Virus record (IMG/VR): IMGVR_UViG_3300030333_008604
Location: 58,943-122,942 of that record
Length of the DNA: 64,000 nucleotides
Source: a virus
Reading direction: 5' to 3' (one strand)
Shown in pieces: positions 49,183 through 57,248 of this stretch. Under the pieces are notes generated by a model. The model was not told the origin of the DNA and made no database searches. It worked only from the letters and a program-made list of their open reading frames with translations. The position numbers and the translations under genes are program-made. The number at the start of each line of letters is the position of its first letter. Position 1 is the first letter of the stretch.

Positions 49183-49815
49183 ATGGCAAAAAAGCTTTTA
49201 CAAGAGTATTATGAGTTGTGCCCGGACGGTCGCTGCCCGGTACATGTATTAACTGAATCTGAAAAGAAAAGAGTAATGGATGGATCAGTTTATCTTGTCG
49301 GTGTCTGCCAAAAGGCGGGCACAAAAAACGGCAATGGGCGCGTATACAACAAGGACACTCTAGGTCGAGAAATCGAAAAGTATCAAAATGCTATCAAGGA
49401 GCGTCGATCATTAGGCGAACTAGATCATCCTGACGATTCTGTTATAAATCTTAAAAATGCGTCACATGTTGTCACTAAAATGTGGTGGGATGGTGATAGT
49501 GTCATGGGAAAGATAGAGGTTTTAGATACACCTTCCGGCAATATTCTTAAAGCTTTGGTTAAGTCTGGCGTTAAGCTCGGCATCTCTTCTCGCGGTCTAG
49601 GCACAGTCAAAGAAAGCAATGGAGTTACCATGGTGGAGGACGATTTTCAACTTATTTGTTTTGATATTGTTTCTGAGCCTTCAACCCCTGGCGCTTATTT
49701 GTCACCCAAAAAAGGCCCAACCCAGGTTAACATTGGCTCAACCATTAATCAGTATTTAAATGAGAACAAGGAAAGCAAAATTAATAATTTGCTAGACTCT
49801 ATCTTAAAAGGTTGA
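49183..49815 (+). CDS. gp21: Prohead core protease (T4 gp21-like)
   Basis: NGNGRVY, LGELDHP, LGISSRGLG and DIVSEPSTPGA motifs. Confidence 0.93.
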   Translation: MAKKLLQEYYELCPDGRCPVHVLTESEKKRVMDGSVYLVGVCQKAGTKNGNGRVYNKDTLGREIEKYQNAIKERRSLGELDHPDDSVINLKNASHVVTKMWWDGDSVMGKIEVLDTPSGNILKALVKSGVKLGISSRGLGTVKESNGVTMVEDDFQLICFDIVSEPSTPGAYLSPKKGPTQVNIGSTINQYLNENKESKINNLLDSILKG

Positions 49816-49816
49816 C

Positions 49817-50191
49817 ATGAATAAAAAAGAACTAAAGACAATTTTAAAGCCACTCATAAAACAGTGTATCAAAGAGTGCATTCTTGAGGAAGGCGTACTA
49901 TCTGGGTTGATAACTGAAGTGGCAAAAGGCCTAAATAGGTCTAGTCAGCTGGTTGAAAACAAAAGTGTTGAAAATCGAGAACTAAGAGAGAAGTATGAAA
50001 AAGACAGGCAAGAGAGAATAAAAAGATTGAACGAGTCAACAAGGATTGAAGCTCCTGTTTTTCAAGAAACAGAAGAAATAGTCGAATCAAGGGGCCGCGG
50101 CGCCCTTAGTGGTACGGATCCTAATGATCCTGGAGTTGATATATCTGGGATTTTAAATGTTGCCGACGGTAGATGGAAAAAGCTAATTTAA
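49817..50191 (+). CDS. Hypothetical head-module protein
   Basis: 124 aa; N-terminus MNKKELKTILKPLIKQCIKECILEE. Confidence 0.7.
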   Translation: MNKKELKTILKPLIKQCIKECILEEGVLSGLITEVAKGLNRSSQLVENKSVENRELREKYEKDRQERIKRLNESTRIEAPVFQETEEIVESRGRGALSGTDPNDPGVDISGILNVADGRWKKLI

Positions 50192-50200
50192 AGGTGTGTG

Positions 50201-50431
50201 ATGTCTAAAGTTGTAAATGTGGAAGTATCTCTCTCGGAAGTTCGAGGCGATCAAAGCAGATTAATTAAGAAATTCATTAAAAAGTGCAAAAAAGAAAGAA
50301 TAATTGAAGACTATTTATCTAGATTGAGATATGAAAAACCGTCAGCTAAGCGCCGACGCGAAAAATTAAGAAAAAAAGAGAATGCAAAAAGGGCTGAAGC
50401 TGAGAGAAGATCAAAACAGTCGAAAAATTAG
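50201..50431 (+). CDS. rpsU: Phage-encoded ribosomal protein bS21 homologue
   Basis: LIKKFIKKCKKERII...YEKPSAKRRR matches the bS21 pattern (LRRFKR...G..L...YEKPS..RKR); small and basic. ATG at 50201 (alternative GTG at 50198). Confidence 0.82.
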   Translation: MSKVVNVEVSLSEVRGDQSRLIKKFIKKCKKERIIEDYLSRLRYEKPSAKRRREKLRKKENAKRAEAERRSKQSKN

Positions 50432-50440
50432 GAGTTAAAA

Positions 50441-50911
50441 ATGTCAACATTTAAAAGATACGCAGCGGGACTTCACAATGTCGGTTCTTATCAAGTTTCG
50501 GGCTTGCCGTATATTACCGGATCAGCCAACCAAGGCAACGGCTCAGCCGTTCGAGAGGTAAAGTATGAATTTCCTTATGTGACAAAAAAAATTACCGTCA
50601 TGAACCACGCTAATAAGACGATCCGGATCCATTTCAGGCCACACGACACCCCAGGCACCGACCCGGCCGACTCTTCAGCTAGCACTTCGCAAGTTATTGA
50701 CGGTCTTCACTATGTTGAATTAGATTCTGATGAGGATAAGATGGAGATGAACGTGAAGTGTCGCGAGATTTATATTTCAACTGCGGCTGGTACGACCGGC
50801 GCAGCCTATAGAATTTATGCGGAAATGACGAACATTCCAGCTGCAGAGATGCTGCCTTTGACAGGCTCAGGCATAACGGGCACCCCCACGGGTGTGACGA
50901 ACATCAAGTAG
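50441..50911 (+). CDS. Hypothetical virion protein
   Basis: 156 aa; SD AGGAG; GLHNVGSYQVSGLPYITGS; beta-rich. Confidence 0.7.
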   Translation: MSTFKRYAAGLHNVGSYQVSGLPYITGSANQGNGSAVREVKYEFPYVTKKITVMNHANKTIRIHFRPHDTPGTDPADSSASTSQVIDGLHYVELDSDEDKMEMNVKCREIYISTAAGTTGAAYRIYAEMTNIPAAEMLPLTGSGITGTPTGVTNIK

Positions 50912-50934
50912 CGGTATCTTAAACGAGGTTATGA

Positions 50935-53532
50935 ATGACAGTAGCAACAGGCAGTTTAGCTTTTATCGGAGCCGCGAGGTTTCAGGGTACCTGGGACGCT
51001 GACGCTAATACCGGCGTCTCTAAGCCTAGTGACACGGCGTACAGTGGTCTTTTAACAAGTGCAACTTATGACGGTGGCGGAAACTTAACTGCTGCTGCTA
51101 CTTATGGCTCGACGCCACTGGCCGCCCTGGGCGCGCCTAAGAACGGTGACTATTGGCAAATTTCTAATGCCAGCAGCACTCCTTCTGAAAATACTACAAT
51201 TGACAGCATTAACGACTGGGAGGCCAACGACTGGATTATCTATAGCGGCAGCCAGTGGATAAAGCTTTCGTATCAAGATACAATCGCTTCGGTTGTTACT
51301 GGCGACATCAACGGAGCCGGCGCAACGTGGAACTTTGGAAAGATTATTGTTGGTCGCGACCACGACGTGGCGAGCAATGTCGTAACTCTTTTTCACTCAG
51401 GGTCTGATGGTGACGATGGATTATTGATTGTTAGAGAGGACCTATCGACCGTCGACACAAACCTTCTTGGCGGTATCGGATTTGATTCTACAGACGGCAA
51501 CGTTCCAAGCACCGTCACAGAAGCTTCGGCATTTATTGCTGCGTATGCAGCGGAACACCATAGTGCAACCGCCAAGGGCGGCGAGCTTGTTTTTGGTACC
51601 ACAACAGTCGGCCAAGCTGATGACACCACTTCAAGTGAGTGGGTTCGAATAACTGATACTGGCTATGTGGGCATTGGCACGTCTAATCCACAAGACAGGC
51701 TGCATTTAGAAACTACAGGGTCTTCCATTTTGACTTTGTCGCGACATGATTCGACAATTGAAGACGGAAATACACTGGCCGGCATTCAGTTTGATGGTAC
51801 AGAGAATGGATCCACGTACGCCGCAGGCCCTGCTGGAGTTTATGCCGTTGCTTCCGAAGACTGGAATGTAGGTTCAGCAGAAGGTACAAAAATACAGCTT
51901 TGGTCAACTCCAAATGGAGCGACAGCGCCAAGTCACGCCATGACCATTGCCGGGACTAAAATTGGTATCGTCCAATCCAACCCGACCCACACCCTAGATG
52001 TTCTCGGCGACATTAATCTAACCGGAGAGCTTTCATTTGATGGAGGGTCTGTAGTCGCGACGTCTATTAAAGATGAAGATACCATGTCTTCTGACTCTGA
52101 CACTGCATTAGCTACACAACAAAGTATTAAGGCTTACGTGGATGCGACCGTCACAGCCCAAGACTTGGATTTCCAAGGTGATTCTGGCGGAACACTGTCC
52201 ATTGATTTAGACAGTGAAACGTTAGACATCGCCGGCGGGACTGGCGTTACAACAACGGGTAGCGGAAACACCATTACTGTGGCTACTGACGCCGATCAGG
52301 GCCATGTAACATCAGTTGGCACATTGACCACCTTGGCTGTTACTGGCGATCTAACTGTTGACACGAACACGCTTTTTGTTGACGCGTCTGAAGACAAAGT
52401 CGGTATCGGCGTGAGCGATCCGGATACTACGCTTGAGGTGCTTTCAACCAGCGCGCAGCTGAAACTCTCGTACGACTCAGATAGTTATGCAACAATGAAT
52501 GTTAGCGCGGCAAGCAAGCTCACTGTTACTTCTGCCGAGACTGGAGATATTGAATTAGCATCTGGCGGGTCTATTGATTTGGATTCGGCCGGTGCAATTA
52601 CGCTGGATTCTGCAACAAATACTATTAAGCTTGTTGGCACAGGCTCCATGCAGTTTCTTAAGTTCTCTCGTGGCACCGGCGGCAGCGCTGGAGCCCTGAT
52701 TGAGCCTGCGACCCTTAACGAAGATCTCATTTTTCAAGATTTTAATGGGTCAAATGAAATCATGCGCATTGACACTTCAGCACGAAGAGTCGGAATTGGA
52801 ACGGATGCCCCCGGCCAACTTCTTCATGTGGCAACGCCAAACGACGGAGAAGGGATCAAAGCGGAAAACACCTCCACCGGAGCCGCCTTCGAGGCAAAGT
52901 ATATTTCAGGTGCGGGCCACGGTTATCAATTAAAGATGGATGATAACAATAACTCCACAACTATTTTCTTGAGAAGCTATGGCAATTCTTATTTTAATAC
53001 TGGTGGGAGTTTTGGTATCGGCACTGCGTCCCCCGATTCTTCAGCCATCTTGGAACTCTCCTCAACGACAAAAGGTTTCTTGCTGCCTCGTCTGACAACT
53101 ACTCAACGAGATGCCGTCAGTTCGCCAGCAGAAGGTTTGGTTGTATATAATGACAGCACAAATGCACTAAACTTTTACAATGGCAGTAGCTGGCAAGCTG
53201 TTGGCACTGGCGGTGGCGCAGTTAGTGCAATTAATAACGCCACAGAGAACGAATTAGTTACAATTGGCAGCACAACAACAGAACTCGATGCCGAAGCTAA
53301 CTTAACTTACGATGGCACAACATTGACAGTCGGTGGTCATATCCTACCAGGCTCTGATAACGACAAAGATTTAGGCTCTGCTGCCAAGCGCTGGGCCAAT
53401 ATTTATACTGGCGACCTCCATCTTAAAAACGAACGCGGCGACTGGACTATCATCGAGGAAGAAGAGTTTTTGAGCATTACCAACAACAAAAACGGCAAAA
53501 GATATAAGTTTGTTCTTGAAGAATTAGAATAA
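50935..53532 (+). CDS. Fibre/spike-like protein with GIG-x-x-x-P repeats
   Basis: Five [VIF]GI[GV]-x-x-x-P-x-x-x-L-type repeats; T/S/G/D-rich; C-terminal WANIYTGDLHL.NERGDW.IIEE domain. Confidence 0.75.
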   Translation: MTVATGSLAFIGAARFQGTWDADANTGVSKPSDTAYSGLLTSATYDGGGNLTAAATYGSTPLAALGAPKNGDYWQISNASSTPSENTTIDSINDWEANDWIIYSGSQWIKLSYQDTIASVVTGDINGAGATWNFGKIIVGRDHDVASNVVTLFHSGSDGDDGLLIVREDLSTVDTNLLGGIGFDSTDGNVPSTVTEASAFIAAYAAEHHSATAKGGELVFGTTTVGQADDTTSSEWVRITDTGYVGIGTSNPQDRLHLETTGSSILTLSRHDSTIEDGNTLAGIQFDGTENGSTYAAGPAGVYAVASEDWNVGSAEGTKIQLWSTPNGATAPSHAMTIAGTKIGIVQSNPTHTLDVLGDINLTGELSFDGGSVVATSIKDEDTMSSDSDTALATQQSIKAYVDATVTAQDLDFQGDSGGTLSIDLDSETLDIAGGTGVTTTGSGNTITVATDADQGHVTSVGTLTTLAVTGDLTVDTNTLFVDASEDKVGIGVSDPDTTLEVLSTSAQLKLSYDSDSYATMNVSAASKLTVTSAETGDIELASGGSIDLDSAGAITLDSATNTIKLVGTGSMQFLKFSRGTGGSAGALIEPATLNEDLIFQDFNGSNEIMRIDTSARRVGIGTDAPGQLLHVATPNDGEGIKAENTSTGAAFEAKYISGAGHGYQLKMDDNNNSTTIFLRSYGNSYFNTGGSFGIGTASPDSSAILELSSTTKGFLLPRLTTTQRDAVSSPAEGLVVYNDSTNALNFYNGSSWQAVGTGGGAVSAINNATENELVTIGSTTTELDAEANLTYDGTTLTVGGHILPGSDNDKDLGSAAKRWANIYTGDLHLKNERGDWTIIEEEEFLSITNNKNGKRYKFVLEELE

Positions 53533-53579
53533 CTTATAGACATTTTAAAATTAATTTGCGCCTTAAGTATTTGCTCGAT

Positions 53580-53587
53580 ACTAATTA
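53580..53587 (+). promoter_or_regulatory. Candidate late promoter variant ACTAATTA
   Basis: Lies in the 120-bp intergenic region upstream of 53653. Confidence 0.45.
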
Positions 53588-53652
53588 AAAGCGACGACAA
53601 AAGTCACTTTTACATTTAACTTATTTTATACTTTTCTTGGAGGGAAAGAAAA

Positions 53653-55410
53653 ATGGCATTAATTTCAACCAGTGCGACCTCAGCCAGCCCAGTTACGATA
53701 TTAAAGAATACGAACGCTGACGCTAATGGTCCGATTTTAAAACTTCATAATGATAGCGGCGATGCCGCAAATAACGACTCCGGTGGGTTAGTTCAATTCG
53801 TAGTCGAGGACGCTAATGGCGACGACGTCATCGCTGCACAGCTAAATGGTGTTCTTTCGGATGTGACAAATGGTGGAGAAGATGGCGGACTAGTCATCTC
53901 TGGCATGGTCAATGGAAGCTTGACCTCCTTGGTCGATATTGGTAAAAGTTCAATGGGCGTCATCGGCCTGCAAAGCACTGTCGCAATCGGTGGTGGATCA
54001 TCGGCCTCGCCCCTGTTGTTCATGGAAAACTCTGGCAACGGTACCAACTATATCTCACTTCAGGCCCCGGCCTCTGTTGGTTCAAATGTGGCATTCACGC
54101 TTCCTAACGCGGACGGATCAAACGGGCAGGTTCTTTCGACAAATGGTTCGGGTGTCCTTTCGTGGACTGCAGCAGGTTCTTTGTCTGGCCTAGGTAGCAC
54201 TGATAACGTACTTCTTAGGACTAACGGAACTGGCGGTGGTACCGCTCAGGGTTCGTCAATCGTTGTTGATGACAGCGACAACATGTCTGCAGTTGGAACC
54301 TTAGCTACAACCGGTGCAATTACAATTGCTGCAGCTGGCGGCTTGGCTGGCCTCGGCGCTGGCGGAAACGAGTTTAGTATTACTGAGTCTTCGGACGATA
54401 TCACTATTCAGACTTTGATTGCTGACAAAGACATGATCTTCAAGGTGAACGACGGTAGTTCTGCAACTGAGGTTTTCCGTCTTGACGGCGATGTTTCGGC
54501 ACTTTTAATCGCTTCTGGCAAAGAGCTTCAATTCGGCGACAGCGGCGAGAAGATCTCTGGCGATGGGACGGACTTGACTGTTGCTAGTGGAGGAAAGATT
54601 GTTTTAGATTCCACGACGGCAATTGAGATTGACTCTGCAGCAGGTGATGTCACCTTCATGGACGGAGGCACCGCTCAGTTGGCTCTTGACATGGACGGCA
54701 CTGCCGGCGAAGTCATTTTCCAGCTTAAGGTTGACAGTGACGATCTTGTTTTCAAGCAGTATGATGGTACCGAGGTTCTTCGCCTAGATGACGACGGCTC
54801 TGCCTACGTCAAAGATAACCTCTCGCTTAAGTCCGATGCTGCTGAGCTTAAGTTTGGGGCAGACGAAGAAATTAAGCTTATTCACGTTGCTGATACTGGC
54901 CTTACGCTCAAGCACACCGCGACTGCCGACGATAAGCCGGTAACTCTTGCTCTCGCAACCGGCGAGACTGATATCGCTGCGGATGATGTCATTGGCTGTC
55001 TTGCATTCGCCGCGCCCGACGAAGGTGCAGGCACTGACGCAATCCTCACCGCCGCGGCCATCAAGGCTGTTTCGGAGGGCGATTTCGCAGCCGATAACAA
55101 TGCAACGTATCTTGGTTTCTATACCGGTGCTTCTGAGGCTGCTACTCTGCAGTGCAAGGTCACTTCTGCAGGTCACTTCGTCCCAGCCTCTGCGGGCAGT
55201 GGCGATCTCGGCTCATCTGCACTTCCTTGGGCAAATGTATACACCCAGGACTTACACCTGAACAACGGCCGCGGAGATTGGGTCCTTATCGAGGAACCGA
55301 ACTACTTAACCATTCGTAACAATGCGACTGGTCGTAGATTTAAGCTTCTCATGGAAGACATCACTGATGTTCCTGACGCTTACGGTCCTGCGCTCGATGG
55401 CACCATGTAA
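53653..55410 (+). CDS. Second fibre-like protein, C-terminally paralogous to 50935..53532
   Basis: Fibre-shaft motif TLPNADGSNGQVLSTNGSGVLSW; C-terminal WANVYTQDLHLNNGRGDWVLIEE. Confidence 0.75.
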   Translation: MALISTSATSASPVTILKNTNADANGPILKLHNDSGDAANNDSGGLVQFVVEDANGDDVIAAQLNGVLSDVTNGGEDGGLVISGMVNGSLTSLVDIGKSSMGVIGLQSTVAIGGGSSASPLLFMENSGNGTNYISLQAPASVGSNVAFTLPNADGSNGQVLSTNGSGVLSWTAAGSLSGLGSTDNVLLRTNGTGGGTAQGSSIVVDDSDNMSAVGTLATTGAITIAAAGGLAGLGAGGNEFSITESSDDITIQTLIADKDMIFKVNDGSSATEVFRLDGDVSALLIASGKELQFGDSGEKISGDGTDLTVASGGKIVLDSTTAIEIDSAAGDVTFMDGGTAQLALDMDGTAGEVIFQLKVDSDDLVFKQYDGTEVLRLDDDGSAYVKDNLSLKSDAAELKFGADEEIKLIHVADTGLTLKHTATADDKPVTLALATGETDIAADDVIGCLAFAAPDEGAGTDAILTAAAIKAVSEGDFAADNNATYLGFYTGASEAATLQCKVTSAGHFVPASAGSGDLGSSALPWANVYTQDLHLNNGRGDWVLIEEPNYLTIRNNATGRRFKLLMEDITDVPDAYGPALDGTM

Positions 55411-55417
55411 ATAAAAC

Positions 55418-55448
55418 GGGGGGAGGTTTTCCTCCCCCCTTCTATTTA
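55418..55448 (+). terminator. Intrinsic terminator, immediately overlapped by octamer TCTATTTA (55441-48)
   Basis: GGGGGGAGG-TTTT-CCTCCCCCC 9-bp stem followed by TTCTATTT. Confidence 0.75.
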
Positions 55449-55467
55449 TAACATATGGAGAGCCATT

Positions 55468-55923
55468 ATGCCTATTAAGATGGAAAACAGCACCAAGTAC
55501 GGTGTGACAGACGCTCAGCTTGTAAAAACCGGCCTTGGGTTAGGCACGGCTAGTGCCACGATTGACACAACGCTTGATTTACCGGCTAATTCAATTCTTG
55601 ATTATATCTATATTAAGCCTACATCGGCCGCCGTGATCTCTGGCTTCATGTCTTCTGGACATAGGCAATACGTAAGCAACGTTATATTAAGCGCTAGCGG
55701 ACAAGATATGCCAATGTTGTCGACTGATCTAGGCGCAACCTCAAATTATTTAAATCAGACCAACGGCATCGTAATATCTGGCGCCACTGATACCGGCGCT
55801 GCTGTAGCAATGCTCGGGACTACTACCTCCGATATTTCAATTGAGGTGACTGTTGTTGGCACTGTCAACTCTGAGGCGACCGTAGACGTGATGGTGGGAT
55901 ACAGAACTTTCGATACGTCTTAG
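55468..55923 (+). CDS. Hypothetical beta-rich virion protein (possible decoration protein)
   Basis: 151 aa; GGAG SD; lies between the fibre and scaffold genes. Confidence 0.68.
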   Translation: MPIKMENSTKYGVTDAQLVKTGLGLGTASATIDTTLDLPANSILDYIYIKPTSAAVISGFMSSGHRQYVSNVILSASGQDMPMLSTDLGATSNYLNQTNGIVISGATDTGAAVAMLGTTTSDISIEVTVVGTVNSEATVDVMVGYRTFDTS

Positions 55924-55962
55924 TCGGTACTTTGAAAAAACGGTCATTTTCATCGTAAACAT

Positions 55963-55970
55963 ACTATTTA
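55963..55970 (+). promoter_or_regulatory. Candidate late promoter ACTATTTA for scaffold and capsid genes
   Basis: Intergenic exact octamer about 30 nt upstream of the ATG at 56002. Confidence 0.6.
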
Positions 55971-56001
55971 TTCTGACAAGCTATCTTCTGGGAGTATTTA
56001 A

Positions 56002-57225
56002 ATGTCAAGTATGTTAGAACAAGCTATCGTAGATGCAGAGGCTCTCCGCGAAGCAGCCGTTAAAAATGCCGAGACTCTCGTTTTAGAAAAATATTCAGAT
56101 AAAATTAGAAATGTTGTAGAGTCATTGTTAGAAGAGCAGGAAGAGGGTGCTGAAGAAGACCCGCTTGCCGGCCTAGGCGAAGATATGGGTGAGGATCCTG
56201 AAGCTGAAGCCGAAGAAGAACCTTCAGAGCCAATTTCACCAGTAACTGAGAGTATTCCGTTTGCAGCCACTCAAGACCTCGATGAGGAGATTGAGATTCC
56301 GCTTGACAAGCTTTTTGAACAAATTAGCGATCTGGCACAGATTGTTGAAGAAGAAGAGCCAGAAGACGATGATGAGGTTCTATCAGAAATTGATGACGAC
56401 CTCTTGGAATTCTTGGCAGAAGAAGACGACAGCGACGAAGAGGTGCAGGAAGAGGGCAAAGGCGCCGCGTGTCCCGATTGTGGCAATGTCCATGAAGGGG
56501 CTTGTGTCAAAGAAGAGATGGGTCCCGATGGCGCAGCCTTCGAAGACCTCGATGAGACATTCGATCACGAGGGCGCAGACGTCGACGAAGATCAAGAGCT
56601 GGAAGAATCAATCTTAGACGCGCTCTCAGAAGAGTTAATGGTAGATATCGCACCGGCAAGATCTGGCTGGGCTGGAACGCCCGATTCAGTCTATAATCTT
56701 GCTGAAGAGGAAATGCTTGCGCTGGAGCAAGATTCCCGAGTAAGAGAAGAGCGCGCGGCAAAAAGAGCGGCCGTCAACAAGCTCAAGAATATGAACGAGT
56801 CCCTGAAGACCAGAAACAAAGAAATGCTTGGTTCTTTAGAGCAAGCGCGCGATTATATGACAAGATTGCGCGATACTGTAGTTGTACTTAAAGAGAAGCT
56901 TGATGATATGAGCGTCTCTAACGCACGACTACTTTACACTAACAAGGCTTTGGAAAGCGCCTCCCTGAATGAGCGACAAAAAAATAAACTTGTCGAAGCT
57001 ATCTCCAACGCCGAAACTATTGAAGAAGCAAAAGTAATTTTTGAGACACTTCAAAACGCAGTGGGCAGCACCTCTCGCAAACAGCAGCCTAAATCACTGA
57101 GTGAAGCAGTACAAAAGCCATCTTCAATGATACTGGCAGGGAGATCTAATTCTAGATCCCGGTCCAGAAAAGAGAGTCCAACGTTTGATCGTTGGAAATT
57201 CCTAGCAGGAATAGACAAAAACTAA
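56002..57225 (+). CDS. Prohead scaffolding/core protein (gp22-like by position)
   Basis: Highly acidic with a coiled-coil C-terminal half; ends RWKFLAGI; directly upstream of the major capsid gene. Confidence 0.75.
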   Translation: MSSMLEQAIVDAEALREAAVKNAETLVLEKYSDKIRNVVESLLEEQEEGAEEDPLAGLGEDMGEDPEAEAEEEPSEPISPVTESIPFAATQDLDEEIEIPLDKLFEQISDLAQIVEEEEPEDDDEVLSEIDDDLLEFLAEEDDSDEEVQEEGKGAACPDCGNVHEGACVKEEMGPDGAAFEDLDETFDHEGADVDEDQELEESILDALSEELMVDIAPARSGWAGTPDSVYNLAEEEMLALEQDSRVREERAAKRAAVNKLKNMNESLKTRNKEMLGSLEQARDYMTRLRDTVVVLKEKLDDMSVSNARLLYTNKALESASLNERQKNKLVEAISNAETIEEAKVIFETLQNAVGSTSRKQQPKSLSEAVQKPSSMILAGRSNSRSRSRKESPTFDRWKFLAGIDKN

Positions 57226-57248
57226 CAAATTTATAGGAGATTTCAAAA

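Noticed and set aside
53370-55360. Similar 3' ends of the two fibre genes as a possible DGR template/variable repeat or invertible shufflon
   Set aside because: Similarity is at protein level with many non-adenine differences; no reverse transcriptase, invertase or inverted cassette in the window.
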